Below are positions 55,823-64,000 of a stretch of DNA of 64,000 bases, one piece after another. The DNA is taken from positions 18,151-82,150 of the forward strand of contig MFQC01000003.1 of NCBI GenBank assembly GCA_001784285.1, given 5' to 3'. Source of the stretch: Candidatus Magasanikbacteria bacterium RIFCSPHIGHO2_02_FULL_48_18 (lineage in GTDB: Bacteria > Patescibacteriota > Patescibacteriia > Magasanikbacterales > UBA922). Position numbers and translations under genes: made by a program. The notes under the pieces were generated by a model that was given only the letters and a program-made list of their open reading frames with translations, was not told where the DNA came from and made no database searches. Position 1 is the stretch's first letter; each line of letters starts with the position of its first letter.

Positions 55823-56515
55823 ATGAACGCACCGTGGAAAATTATTTCGGTTGGCGGATCAATTGTTATCCCGAAAACCGGCTTTGATGTTCGTTTTTTG
55901 AAACAGTTTGTTCGTTTGATTGAAAATCATATTACACGGGGCAACAGGCTCATTTTGGTTGTCGGCGGCGGATGGACTTGCCGGCAATACCAAGATGCCG
56001 CAAAAAAGGTTGCCTTATTGGGTCATGATGATCTTGATTGGATCGGCATTGCTTCGACCGTTTTGAACGCGAAATTTTTGCAATTGTTGTTAAAGCAATA
56101 CGCGGATCCGCGTATTATTCAAAAACCAAAGAAAAAAATTATCACGTCGTATCCGGTGTTTATTGGGGCTGGTTTTGAACCGGGACATTCCACTGATATG
56201 GACGCTGTGCTTCTTGCAAAGACATATGGAGCAAAAGAAATTATCAATCTCTCAAACATTGATTATGTCTATGATAAGGATCCAAAAAAATATAAAAACG
56301 CAAAAAAAATAGAACATATTGATTGGAAAACATTTCGGGAAGATATTGTCGGCAACGAGTGGCGCCCGGGAAAAAATGCTCCGTTTGATCCCATTGCCTC
56401 GCAAGCCGCTGAAAAAATTGGGCTTACCGTTCGCATTCTTCGCGGCACCAATCTCAAACAACTCAAGAATGTTTTGGGCGGGGAACAATTTTTGGGCACA
56501 GAAATTCATCCCTAG
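55823..56515 (+). CDS. pyrH: UMP kinase (amino-acid kinase family, archaeal-like short form)
   Basis: N-terminal ISVGGS...ILVVGGGWTCRQY and C-terminal GAGFEPGHSTDMDAVLLA are UMPK-like. Confidence 0.7.
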   Translation: MNAPWKIISVGGSIVIPKTGFDVRFLKQFVRLIENHITRGNRLILVVGGGWTCRQYQDAAKKVALLGHDDLDWIGIASTVLNAKFLQLLLKQYADPRIIQKPKKKIITSYPVFIGAGFEPGHSTDMDAVLLAKTYGAKEIINLSNIDYVYDKDPKKYKNAKKIEHIDWKTFREDIVGNEWRPGKNAPFDPIASQAAEKIGLTVRILRGTNLKQLKNVLGGEQFLGTEIHP

Positions 56516-56529
56516 CATTCGATTTTTTT

Positions 56530-57630
56530 ATGGAAGAACAAGATTGCATTATTTATTCAAATACAAAAAATGCCTGGGAAGGCATGTTTCAGGCACTGCA
56601 AGGAGCAAAAATTTCTATTTATTGGGAGCTCTATATTTTTGTCGACGATCACGCGGGAGTTCGTTTTTTTGATCTCCTCGAACAAAAATCTCGTGGTGGG
56701 GTGTGCGTGAAGTTGATTGTCGATTCTTTTGGAAGTTTTTGGCTTTCTCAAAAGCGGATCCAGTCTCTTCGCGCAAGCGGCGTTGATATCCGTTTTTTTT
56801 CTCCGCGAAGAAAAATATACCGAGGAATACGGCAATTGTTTACTCGGACGCATCGGAAAATACTCGTAGTCGATGAGCGGATCGGATTTATTGGAGGAGT
56901 AAATATACAAAAATCAATGGAAGATTGGGACGACATGCATATCCGCATTATGGGCAAACCCGTTCGCTCTCTCCTTCGTTCATTCGCAAAATCCTATTTG
57001 CTGTGCGGCGGCAAAAGGAGAATGGTTCGCCATTTGCTCGCGTATCGATTCCGAATAAAACAGCGGCAAAAAAGAGAAGCAGTCGAATTTATTTTTGATG
57101 TTGGAGGAGTCCCTTTTTCTCGCGCGAAAAAAAGATACACGGACGCCCTCCTCAAGGCTCGCGAACGGGTGATTCTTTTTTCTCCTTATTATTTTCCGGA
57201 TAAACAATTTTTACGAGCCCTGTGGAAGGCCAGGAAGAGGGGAGTGCGCGTCGATCTGCTTATTCCATTTCGAACCGACATCAAAATAGCAACATACGTC
57301 GCATATTCTTATTTTTCGTTTATGAAAAAAATAGGCGTCCGTGTTCACTTGTTACAGCACATGATGCATGGGAAAGGGGTTGTGGTGGATGATGAGTGGG
57401 CCATGATTGGCAGTAGCAATTTGGACACCCAAAGTTTTTTCCACAACTATGAAGCAAATATCAAAATTAGCGATAAACGCATTGTGCGAAACATAAAAAT
57501 GAAAGCGCTGAGCTGGCTTCACGGTTCTACCAATTTGGATAATCTCTATTGGGAAAACAGAGGAATAGCGCAACGGACAAAAGAGTTTATTGCGCTCTCG
57601 TTGTATCGAGTTTGGTTTGGAAGGAAATGA
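56530..57630 (+). CDS. Phospholipase D-family protein/cardiolipin synthase-like (two HKD motifs)
   Basis: First HKD THRKILVVDERIGFIGGVNI, second HKD HGKGVVVDDEWAMIGSSNLD. Confidence 0.8.
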   Translation: MEEQDCIIYSNTKNAWEGMFQALQGAKISIYWELYIFVDDHAGVRFFDLLEQKSRGGVCVKLIVDSFGSFWLSQKRIQSLRASGVDIRFFSPRRKIYRGIRQLFTRTHRKILVVDERIGFIGGVNIQKSMEDWDDMHIRIMGKPVRSLLRSFAKSYLLCGGKRRMVRHLLAYRFRIKQRQKREAVEFIFDVGGVPFSRAKKRYTDALLKARERVILFSPYYFPDKQFLRALWKARKRGVRVDLLIPFRTDIKIATYVAYSYFSFMKKIGVRVHLLQHMMHGKGVVVDDEWAMIGSSNLDTQSFFHNYEANIKISDKRIVRNIKMKALSWLHGSTNLDNLYWENRGIAQRTKEFIALSLYRVWFGRK

Positions 57631-57639
57631 TTTTTTACC

Positions 57640-58104
57640 TCAGGCGATCTCTTCAATGGTAATATGCCGCTTCCGCGGGGCTTCATGTGAAAACATGACT
57701 TTTTTTGTATGCATATTTTTTGTGAGAAGGGACTCTATTTTTTCCGGCCATTCCACCACACAAATCGTGTCAGGAGATCCAAGATATTCCTCTACTCCAA
57801 TATCGCGCAATTCGTTCGGTCCATGAATGCGGTAGGTATCTATATGGACAAGCTGTTTGATTTTTTTTGTCTTTGTCGGATACACTGCGCAAAGGGTGAA
57901 CGTGGGGCTGACGACGTCGGTGGAAACACCCAATTTTTTTGCTAAACCTTGCACAAATGTTGTTTTTCCAGCGCCAAGATCGCCAAAAAGAAGAAGAATA
58001 TCGCCACCGCATAATGTTGCGGCGACTTCTTCACCGAGGGATCTTGTCTTTTCCGGAGAATCTGTGTTATAGTAAACGATATTCTTTTTTTTCATTTGTT
58101 TCAT
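57640..58104 (-). CDS. tsaE: tRNA threonylcarbamoyladenosine biosynthesis protein TsaE
   Basis: P-loop GDLGAGKTTFVQG, SPTFTL and switch region HIDTYR. Start at MKQMKKK (58104); the track start 58140 adds an unlikely extension. Confidence 0.85.
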   Translation of the reverse strand: MKQMKKKNIVYYNTDSPEKTRSLGEEVAATLCGGDILLLFGDLGAGKTTFVQGLAKKLGVSTDVVSPTFTLCAVYPTKTKKIKQLVHIDTYRIHGPNELRDIGVEEYLGSPDTICVVEWPEKIESLLTKNMHTKKVMFSHEAPRKRHITIEEIA

Positions 58105-58127
58105 ATTTTTTGATTGGGAGTCACTGT

Positions 58128-58535
58128 ATGCCAGAGACACACATCTACGAACCTATTGGGACAACAATAACCGATTTCGGCGATGGCAGAATAGAGCTGG
58201 TGTATGGGAGAACCGCGCAAACGCCGCAGGAAGTCCTTGAACAAGGGTTATGGCTCAAAGAGAAACTCCATGCCATTTTTCAAAAACGCAATAACGAAAA
58301 TTTCCAATACACCCTGTTGGCTGATTTGAGCAAATTGCATGCGATCAATCTGGATGAGGCGGCGCAGAAACTCTATAAAGAAATTATTGATCTGCCGACC
58401 ATTGGCAAGATTGCCATTGTCGGGGACGGATTCAGTCTGACGAGCATTATGCCGCTTCTTCTCTCGGTCGCCCAAAAAGAAAAAGTGAAATTTTTCTTTA
58501 AAATTATTGAAGCGAAAGATTGGCTGGGCTGGTGA
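58128..58535 (+). CDS. Hypothetical protein, possibly STAS/DUF4325-like
   Basis: In-frame ATG 58128 (MPETHIYEPIG) divergent from tsaE. alpha/beta pattern with IAIVGDGFSLTSIMPLLL. No firm family assignment. Confidence 0.4.
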   Translation: MPETHIYEPIGTTITDFGDGRIELVYGRTAQTPQEVLEQGLWLKEKLHAIFQKRNNENFQYTLLADLSKLHAINLDEAAQKLYKEIIDLPTIGKIAIVGDGFSLTSIMPLLLSVAQKEKVKFFFKIIEAKDWLGW

Positions 58536-58580
58536 TTTTTTGAATACGCTCGGCAAGCATCTCATTATTGAGATGTTTTT

Positions 58581-59936
58581 TTATATATCAAAAGGATATA
58601 TTTTGCACAAGGTCTTCACTTCTTCAGCTATTTTTTGAATTTTTTCTGACTGTCGCACATGTGTTTCAAATGATTCAAAATCGAGCGCATTCCAGGGTTG
58701 CGTTATATCCATAACGCGATTCATCCATTCGGCTATCGTTGTCATTTCTTTTTCTTTCATGCCTCGCGTGGTAACGGAGGGCGTGCCAATACGGAGCGCC
58801 GATGGGTCGGCAGGAGAGCGCGTTTCCTGCGGCATGGTGTTCATATTGGCAATAATACCGGCATAATCCAGCGCGCGGGCGTATTTTTTTCCAAACACTT
58901 GTTTGTTGGTAAGGTCAATGAGCACGAGATGTTTGTCTGTTCCGCCTGAAATAATGTGGAAATCATAGGTGAAAAGCGCGGCGGCAAGCGCGCGCGCATT
59001 TTGCACGATTTGTTCCGCATAGGTCCGAAATGCCGGCGTCATTGCTTCTCTCAGGCCGACAGCAATGCCGGCAATACTGTGATTGTGCGGCCCTCCCTGG
59101 AGACCCGGGAAAATGGCCCGATCAATTTTTTTCATGCATTCTTTTTTGCTGAGGATAATCGCGCCGCGATTGCAACGGAGCGTTTTATGGGTTGTTAATG
59201 TAACGACATCAGCGATTCCGACCGGAGACTGATTGACGCCTGCCGCGACAAGACCCGCCTCATGGGCAATGTCAGCGAGATAATACGCGCCGACACCCTT
59301 TGCGATTGCTGACATTTTTTGGTAGTCAATTTCTCTGGGGTAGGCAGTGCCGCCGGTAATAAGCAATTTGGGTTTGTGTTTTTGGGCGATTTTTTCTATT
59401 TCCGCGTAGTCAAACTGCTGGGTATTTGGATTGGTTTTATACTGGACCACATGCCAAAAGCGAGAGGTAATGTTGACTTTCCGCGATCCTCCGGTATACA
59501 CTAAGTTGTTTGGATCTTGTATTTCCTCTGGCTCATACGACCAGCCATGAGACAGATGCCCGCCGTCCGGAAGGTACATGCCCATAACCGTGTCTCCTGG
59601 CTCCAAAAGTCCAAGATAGACCGCAAGATTTGCCGCGCTCCCTGATAATGCTTGGACATTAACAGCCCAATCGTTTGGCAAGTGGAACGCTTGTTTAACA
59701 CGTTCTATTGTTAATGTTTCGAGCTCATCAATAAAATAATTTCCTTCATAATAGCGCTTGCCCGGGTATCCTTCGGAATATTTATTCATAAAAACAGACC
59801 CCACTGCTTCTTGGATCGCTTTCGAGGCAAAATTTTCCGATGGAATCAAGGTAATTTTTTCTTGTTGTTTCGTTTCTTCTTTTTTGAGAATAGCGTACAG
59901 TTCAGGGTCTTCTTGTTGGAGATCTGGTTTTTCCAT
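58581..59936 (-). CDS. glyA: Serine hydroxymethyltransferase
   Basis: PLP-lysine region VTLTTHKTLRCNRGAIIL. Canonical SHMT N-terminus LIPSENFASKAIQEAVGSVFMNKYSEGYPGKRYY. Confidence 0.95.
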   Translation of the reverse strand: MEKPDLQQEDPELYAILKKEETKQQEKITLIPSENFASKAIQEAVGSVFMNKYSEGYPGKRYYEGNYFIDELETLTIERVKQAFHLPNDWAVNVQALSGSAANLAVYLGLLEPGDTVMGMYLPDGGHLSHGWSYEPEEIQDPNNLVYTGGSRKVNITSRFWHVVQYKTNPNTQQFDYAEIEKIAQKHKPKLLITGGTAYPREIDYQKMSAIAKGVGAYYLADIAHEAGLVAAGVNQSPVGIADVVTLTTHKTLRCNRGAIILSKKECMKKIDRAIFPGLQGGPHNHSIAGIAVGLREAMTPAFRTYAEQIVQNARALAAALFTYDFHIISGGTDKHLVLIDLTNKQVFGKKYARALDYAGIIANMNTMPQETRSPADPSALRIGTPSVTTRGMKEKEMTTIAEWMNRVMDITQPWNALDFESFETHVRQSEKIQKIAEEVKTLCKIYPFDI

Positions 59937-59974
59937 AGGTTGTTCTACTTATTTAAACTCCAAATATTCAAAAA

Positions 59975-60388
59975 TCATACGTGTTTTCCCTGCTTGTATT
60001 TTTCAATAATCGTGAAGACATTTGGAGCGGAATTCGGTGGCAGATTATTGATATCATACCAACCCCATTCAATAATTTCTTTGCCCGGGCGAACCTCGCC
60101 AATGCGGTTGGCGAGATAATGGACAAGAATCACCAGGCGATCTTCTTTTTCTACTTGTCGAGCGAGCAGGGTGTCGAGCGGTTTGATGATCTCGATATCA
60201 ATGCCCATTTCTTCTCTGGCTTCTCGTCTGCACGTCTCTTCAAGAGAAATGGAAAAATCTTCCACTTTTCCTCCGGGAAACATAAAGAGTGTTTCGCCGT
60301 ATGGTTTTTTTTCTCTGTTGAGCAAGACTTTTCCATTTTCCACAATGACCGGTCCGGAAGCGATAATTGTCTCAGGGGGTAAAAACAT
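59975..60388 (-). CDS. NUDIX hydrolase
   Basis: Nudix box GGKVEDFSISLEETCRREAREEMGI (Gx5Ex7REUxEExGU). Confidence 0.85.
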   Translation of the reverse strand: MFLPPETIIASGPVIVENGKVLLNREKKPYGETLFMFPGGKVEDFSISLEETCRREAREEMGIDIEIIKPLDTLLARQVEKEDRLVILVHYLANRIGEVRPGKEIIEWGWYDINNLPPNSAPNVFTIIEKYKQGKHV

Positions 60389-60449
60389 ATTTGGTTATTT
60401 TTCTATTTTCAAGTATTCTATAGTGGTATGATAGCACCCTCCTCAAAAT

Positions 60450-61691
60450 ATGACAAATAGAAAAAAGGCTGAAAAACATCCTTTTCAACCGCTGGCATAC
60501 CGCATCCGTCCGACCAGATTTGAAGACGTTTTCGGCCAGGAAAAAATTATAGGCAAGGGCACTCTTTTGCGCAGGCTTATTGATCGCAATGAAATTCGTT
60601 CGATTATTTTTTGGGGTCCGCCGGGCGTGGGAAAAACCACGCTTGCGCACATTATTGCCAATGAACTCGATGCCGAGTGCGTCACCATTTCCGCGGTCAT
60701 GAGCGGCAAAGAAGAGTTGCGCTATATTATTGAAAAGGCGCGGAATTTTTTGGATACGCAAAAACGGAGAACTATTTTATTTATTGATGAAATTCATCGA
60801 TGGAATAAAGCGCAACAGGATGCTCTGCTTCCTCATGTGGAGCAGGGGACGGTTTTATTGATTGGGGCAACGACGGAAAATCCGTCGTTTGAAATTATTG
60901 GCGCGTTTCTCTCTCGTTCTCAGGTATTTATTTTACAATCTCTTACTGAAGAGAATATTGTTTCCATTCTAAGACGAGCTCTTTCTGACACAGAAAAAGG
61001 GTTTGGCGATCATACCATAGATATATCAGATGAGTGTCTTGTTATAGCCGCAGGGTTGTCCGGCGGCGACGCGCGCGCAGCACTGAACGCGCTTGAATGC
61101 GCGGTATTGGCAAAATCAAATCAAAAAAAAAGAGTACAGATTACAAAAGAGGATATACGAGAAGCCTTTCAGCGAATACATGTGGTGTTCGATAAAAATG
61201 GGGAAGAATTTTACAATGCTATTTCAGCACTGCATAAATCAATGCGCGGGTCAGACCCAAACGCCGCGTTATATTGGCTCGCCCGCATGCTTGAGGGCGG
61301 AGCGGATCCGCTGTATGTTGCTCGCCGGGTGCTTCGGTTTGCTTCAGAAGATATCGGCATGGCAAACAGCGAAGCCTTGGTACAGGCGCAGGCAGCCTAT
61401 ATGGCGTGTCACGAAATTGGCATGCCCGAGTGTACCGTGCATTTGGCCCAAGCGGTTGTCTATTGCGCCAAATCAAAAAAATCCAATGTGTTGTATACTG
61501 CGTATGGCAAAGCCGCGAAAGACGCACGCGAAACATCACATCTTGGAGTGCCGCTTCATTTACGAAACGCGCCAACCACATTTATGAAACATATCGGGTA
61601 TGGAAAAGAATACAAGTACAACCCCGATTATGATGGTCCGGTGGAACAAGAATATTTCCCGGAGGAGTTGAAAGGGAGGAAGTACTTTTAA
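60450..61691 (+). CDS. rarA: Replication-associated recombination protein A (AAA+ ATPase MgsA/RarA)
   Basis: Walker A FWGPPGVGKTTLA, Walker B ILFIDEIHR, sensor motifs and MgsA C-terminal helical domain. Confidence 0.9.
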   Translation: MTNRKKAEKHPFQPLAYRIRPTRFEDVFGQEKIIGKGTLLRRLIDRNEIRSIIFWGPPGVGKTTLAHIIANELDAECVTISAVMSGKEELRYIIEKARNFLDTQKRRTILFIDEIHRWNKAQQDALLPHVEQGTVLLIGATTENPSFEIIGAFLSRSQVFILQSLTEENIVSILRRALSDTEKGFGDHTIDISDECLVIAAGLSGGDARAALNALECAVLAKSNQKKRVQITKEDIREAFQRIHVVFDKNGEEFYNAISALHKSMRGSDPNAALYWLARMLEGGADPLYVARRVLRFASEDIGMANSEALVQAQAAYMACHEIGMPECTVHLAQAVVYCAKSKKSNVLYTAYGKAAKDARETSHLGVPLHLRNAPTTFMKHIGYGKEYKYNPDYDGPVEQEYFPEELKGRKYF

Positions 61692-61704
61692 ATTTATTAT
61701 TGTT

Positions 61705-62598
61705 ATGCTCTGGGTTTTCTTTGCGCTTCTTGCCCACGTGTGTTGGGGCATGGTGAATGTGACGGACAAATATATTCTTGAAAAACACATACGAAATCCG
61801 TATGTGTATATTGTGTGGCTTTCTCTCTTGGGAATTTTTGGCGCTATTATTCTTTTTCCATTTATTGATTTTTCTTTTCCTTCTTTTCAATATACGCTTT
61901 TGCTTTTCGCCGCGAGCATTTGTTATTTTTTTGGCGGCTTTCCGTATATCAAAGCCATGTCCATGGAAGAAGCAAGCCGTATCAACATTTGGTGGGGGCT
62001 TATTCCTATTTTTTCTCTGTTTTTTTCTTTTATTTTTGTTGGCCAGCGTTTTTCCCAAAATGAATATATTGGGTTTGTCTTTCTTATGCTCGGCGCTGTG
62101 TTTGCGTCAGTGCATCTGAAAAAATCAGCGGTTTCTTTTTCCCGAGCAGTCTGGTATATGGCCCTGGCCGGCGTGTCCTTTGCGCTCTATGCGGTTATAT
62201 TTGATTATGTCACCCGGCGGGTGCCATTTACCATCGCCTATATTTTGGTGACTATATTTTCTTTTTGTTTTGCATTTTCAACATTGTCTTTTCCCAAATT
62301 CCGTCAGCAGTTTTTTGATCACCTTTATGCATTAAAAAGAAAACCGCGGTATGTTATTGTGATCAATAGTTTTTTTGAACAGTTGGGAATATTTTTTAAC
62401 CAATGGGCAATTTTTTTAGGGGTTGCCGCGCTGGTTTTTGCCATGGAAGGATTTCAATTTTTATTTGTTTTTGGTCTCACATCAGGATTTTCTTTATTTT
62501 TTCCGTCAATTATTAAGGAACAAATAAATTTTGGAAATGTCGTTATGAAAATTCTTGCATTGCTCTCTATGGTGTTTGGGATTTTGTTTGTGGTGTAG
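61705..62598 (+). CDS. Polytopic membrane protein, DMT/EamA-like (10 TM)
   Basis: Two roughly 140-aa halves, each with 5 TM helices. N-terminus LLAHVCWGMVNV is EamA-like. Family assignment is tentative. Confidence 0.5.
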   Translation: MLWVFFALLAHVCWGMVNVTDKYILEKHIRNPYVYIVWLSLLGIFGAIILFPFIDFSFPSFQYTLLLFAASICYFFGGFPYIKAMSMEEASRINIWWGLIPIFSLFFSFIFVGQRFSQNEYIGFVFLMLGAVFASVHLKKSAVSFSRAVWYMALAGVSFALYAVIFDYVTRRVPFTIAYILVTIFSFCFAFSTLSFPKFRQQFFDHLYALKRKPRYVIVINSFFEQLGIFFNQWAIFLGVAALVFAMEGFQFLFVFGLTSGFSLFFPSIIKEQINFGNVVMKILALLSMVFGILFVV

Positions 62599-62611
62599 TA
62601 TTTTTGTATTT

Positions 62612-62866
62612 TTATTTGCGTATAGCCGCCGGTCCCGGCTTTGATTCACCACAATTGATACAGCGCTGTTCTCCGTCGCTTGTAACATATTCATGCCCTC
62701 CATCTTGTGTGCACGGGGGTTGAAATTCAGACGAATCCCGATTTGGACCGCGGTCAATTTGTGAGGCAGTTTCTCCCCCTGATTTTCCACAATTAACACA
62801 TATACCATGTTCATTGATATATTCATGAACACCAATATCGCAAGGATTTATTTCTTGTTCTGACAT
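62612..62866 (-). CDS. Small duplicated zinc-ribbon protein (84 aa)
   Basis: Start at MSEQEINP (ATG at 62866). Two copies of C-x-x-G-x-HEY-x5/6-C-(V/I)-NCG (CDIGVHEY...CVNCG and CTQDGGHEY...CINCG). Lies 15 nt downstream of the Elp3-like gene on the same strand. Confidence 0.45.
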   Translation of the reverse strand: MSEQEINPCDIGVHEYINEHGICVNCGKSGGETASQIDRGPNRDSSEFQPPCTQDGGHEYVTSDGEQRCINCGESKPGPAAIRK

Positions 62867-62880
62867 AAAAAATGCGTTCG

Positions 62881-64000
62881 TTAAGATAAGGTTTTTTTGA
62901 ATACTAAGGTTTTCTGTATGCATTTTACCATATATGTTCCAGATTTGCGATATCCCAATTTTCGATAATACGTCCGAACGCCAACACCGGAAATAATGGT
63001 GACAGTGGCTATTCCCTGCAATGCGACAATTTTTTCAGCTTTTTTCACGAGTTTTGTACCTAGGCCTCGGTGTTGGGTCGCGTTTTTTTTTCGTTGTCCG
63101 ACACGCATCATTTGTCCATACACATGGAGTTCTCGAATAAATGCGGCACTACGAATTTCGGGGAGTAATTCAAAGAGACGTTTTTTTTGTTTTTTTTCAT
63201 TCATACTGTCGTCAGGAATGCGGAGCCGCAAAAAACCAAAGACCGCGATTCGGTTTGGATCTTCAAAGCTGATAAAATATTCGGTCCCGCCGCGCGTCTT
63301 GTATTGGTCAACAAACAATACGGGTTTGGTATCCGCGGGAATATATTTTTTCTGCCGTCCAATTTCTCTACAGCGCAAACAGACGCAGTGTTCTCCTTTT
63401 TTGCGCAGTGTCTGTTCCAAGGCTTCACGAAGGTTGGTAATCGCATTTCCTGCGGCAATTTCGGTTGCGGGAATATCGCGGATAATGCGTGAAATTCGGC
63501 AGTAACGCGGCGTGGCGCGTTTCATGTCAAGAAGCGCTCGAAAAAGTCCTTCTCCTCCGTACGGCGCATACGAACCATCTTTATACCATTGGTATAATTC
63601 CGCGCTTGGGATAACGGTGCACGGGTATATTTTCACCATGTCCGGGCAAAGTCCGGTATCTTCAAAAAGTGATCGGTACATGGCCACATCGTGTTCCGGG
63701 GTTGTCCCCGGAAGATCGGGCATCATGTGGAGATCAACTTTAAACCCTGCCGAACGCAGGAGATATATTGCTTGTCGGCATTGTTCTACCGTGTGTCCGC
63801 GATTGATAAGAGAAAGAATGGCGTCATCCGCCGCCTGAAGCCCTAATTCTACTCGCGTGCAGCCTTGCTGACGCATGTAAAAAATACTTTTTGGTGATAC
63901 AGCGTCGGGCCGTGTTTCAAGTGTTAGTCCAATGATTTTATATGTAGCTCTTTTATCATTGTATTCTTGCTCTTCTGCCAATTCTTTTTGAAGTGTTTTT
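62881..64000 (-). CDS. Elp3-like radical SAM/GNAT protein (tRNA uridine(34) acetyltransferase homologue); 5' end beyond the window
   Basis: The C-terminal about 150 aa are GNAT-like (QHRGLGTKLVKKAEKIV). The upstream part matches the Elp3 radical-SAM C-terminal region (RPDAVSP...GCTRVELGLQ...IYPC). The N-terminal radical-SAM CxxxCxxC lies off-window. The track Met at 63981 is internal. Confidence 0.7.
   Translation of the reverse strand, partial: KTLQKELAEEQEYNDKRATYKIIGLTLETRPDAVSPKSIFYMRQQGCTRVELGLQAADDAILSLINRGHTVEQCRQAIYLLRSAGFKVDLHMMPDLPGTTPEHDVAMYRSLFEDTGLCPDMVKIYPCTVIPSAELYQWYKDGSYAPYGGEGLFRALLDMKRATPRYCRISRIIRDIPATEIAAGNAITNLREALEQTLRKKGEHCVCLRCREIGRQKKYIPADTKPVLFVDQYKTRGGTEYFISFEDPNRIAVFGFLRLRIPDDSMNEKKQKKRLFELLPEIRSAAFIRELHVYGQMMRVGQRKKNATQHRGLGTKLVKKAEKIVALQGIATVTIISGVGVRTYYRKLGYRKSGTYMVKCIQKTLVFKKTLS

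Overview
The window is a gene-dense bacterial chromosome segment of about 45% GC with GC-rich islands. Almost all genes are single-copy housekeeping or cell-envelope genes, with tight spacing and frequent start/stop overlaps. Gene content suggests a small-genome Patescibacteria/CPR-like organism (inference). The main content is as follows. A partial S11 D,D-carboxypeptidase-domain gene leads the window. After it come rsmI, metG and a tatD-family gene. A complete F1Fo ATP synthase operon follows (atpZ-like, atpB, E, F, H, A, G, D, C), driven by a near-consensus sigma70 promoter. Next is a CBS-domain gene paired with an ArsB/NhaD permease. A cell-envelope cluster follows (ABC exporter, LtaS-like sulfatase, GATase1, GT39 glycosyltransferase). 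After it come rpmA, ftsW-murG, tRNA-Lys(UUU) and a P2-type cation ATPase. Next are a translin-family gene and a division block (murE, PH-like membrane protein, FtsB/FtsL-like, YtxH, ftsI). After that come tRNA-Glu(CUC) with tRNA-Met(CAU), then hup, rny and truB. Further on are a SAM-dependent methyltransferase, hppA (H+-PPase), infB, trxA, gdhA and an IMPase-family gene. An unusually long leuS follows. Then come comEC split into two genes, a TSP3-repeat surface protein overlapping an L,D-transpeptidase, and a MutY-like glycosylase. A DUF360 protein, pyrH, a PLD/cardiolipin synthase, tsaE and glyA follow. The window ends with a NUDIX hydrolase, rarA, a DMT-like membrane protein, a small duplicated zinc-ribbon protein and a partial Elp3-like radical-SAM/GNAT gene. 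A recurring promoter pattern TTGACx-N16-18-TATACT is visible at several operon heads. The most unusual observations are listed here. (1) leuS carries a roughly 190-aa RBBP9/YdeN-like alpha/beta serine hydrolase domain with an apparent Ser-Asp-His triad, inserted inside the catalytic core. (2) Two GC-rich intergenic islands (about 37845-38092 and about 22140-22435, both + strand) have stable GNRA-capped hairpins or long-range pairing and end in T-runs. They are candidate structured ncRNAs that I cannot assign to RNase P, tmRNA or SRP from primary-sequence motifs. (3) An apparent rny leader is transcribed from a promoter embedded in the truB stop region, with a hairpin plus U-run. (4) Bacterial translin-like and Elp3-like genes are present, the latter paired with a novel duplicated C-x-G-x-HEY-x5-C-x-NCG zinc-ribbon mini-protein. 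No CRISPR arrays, transposases, integrases or rRNA genes were seen.
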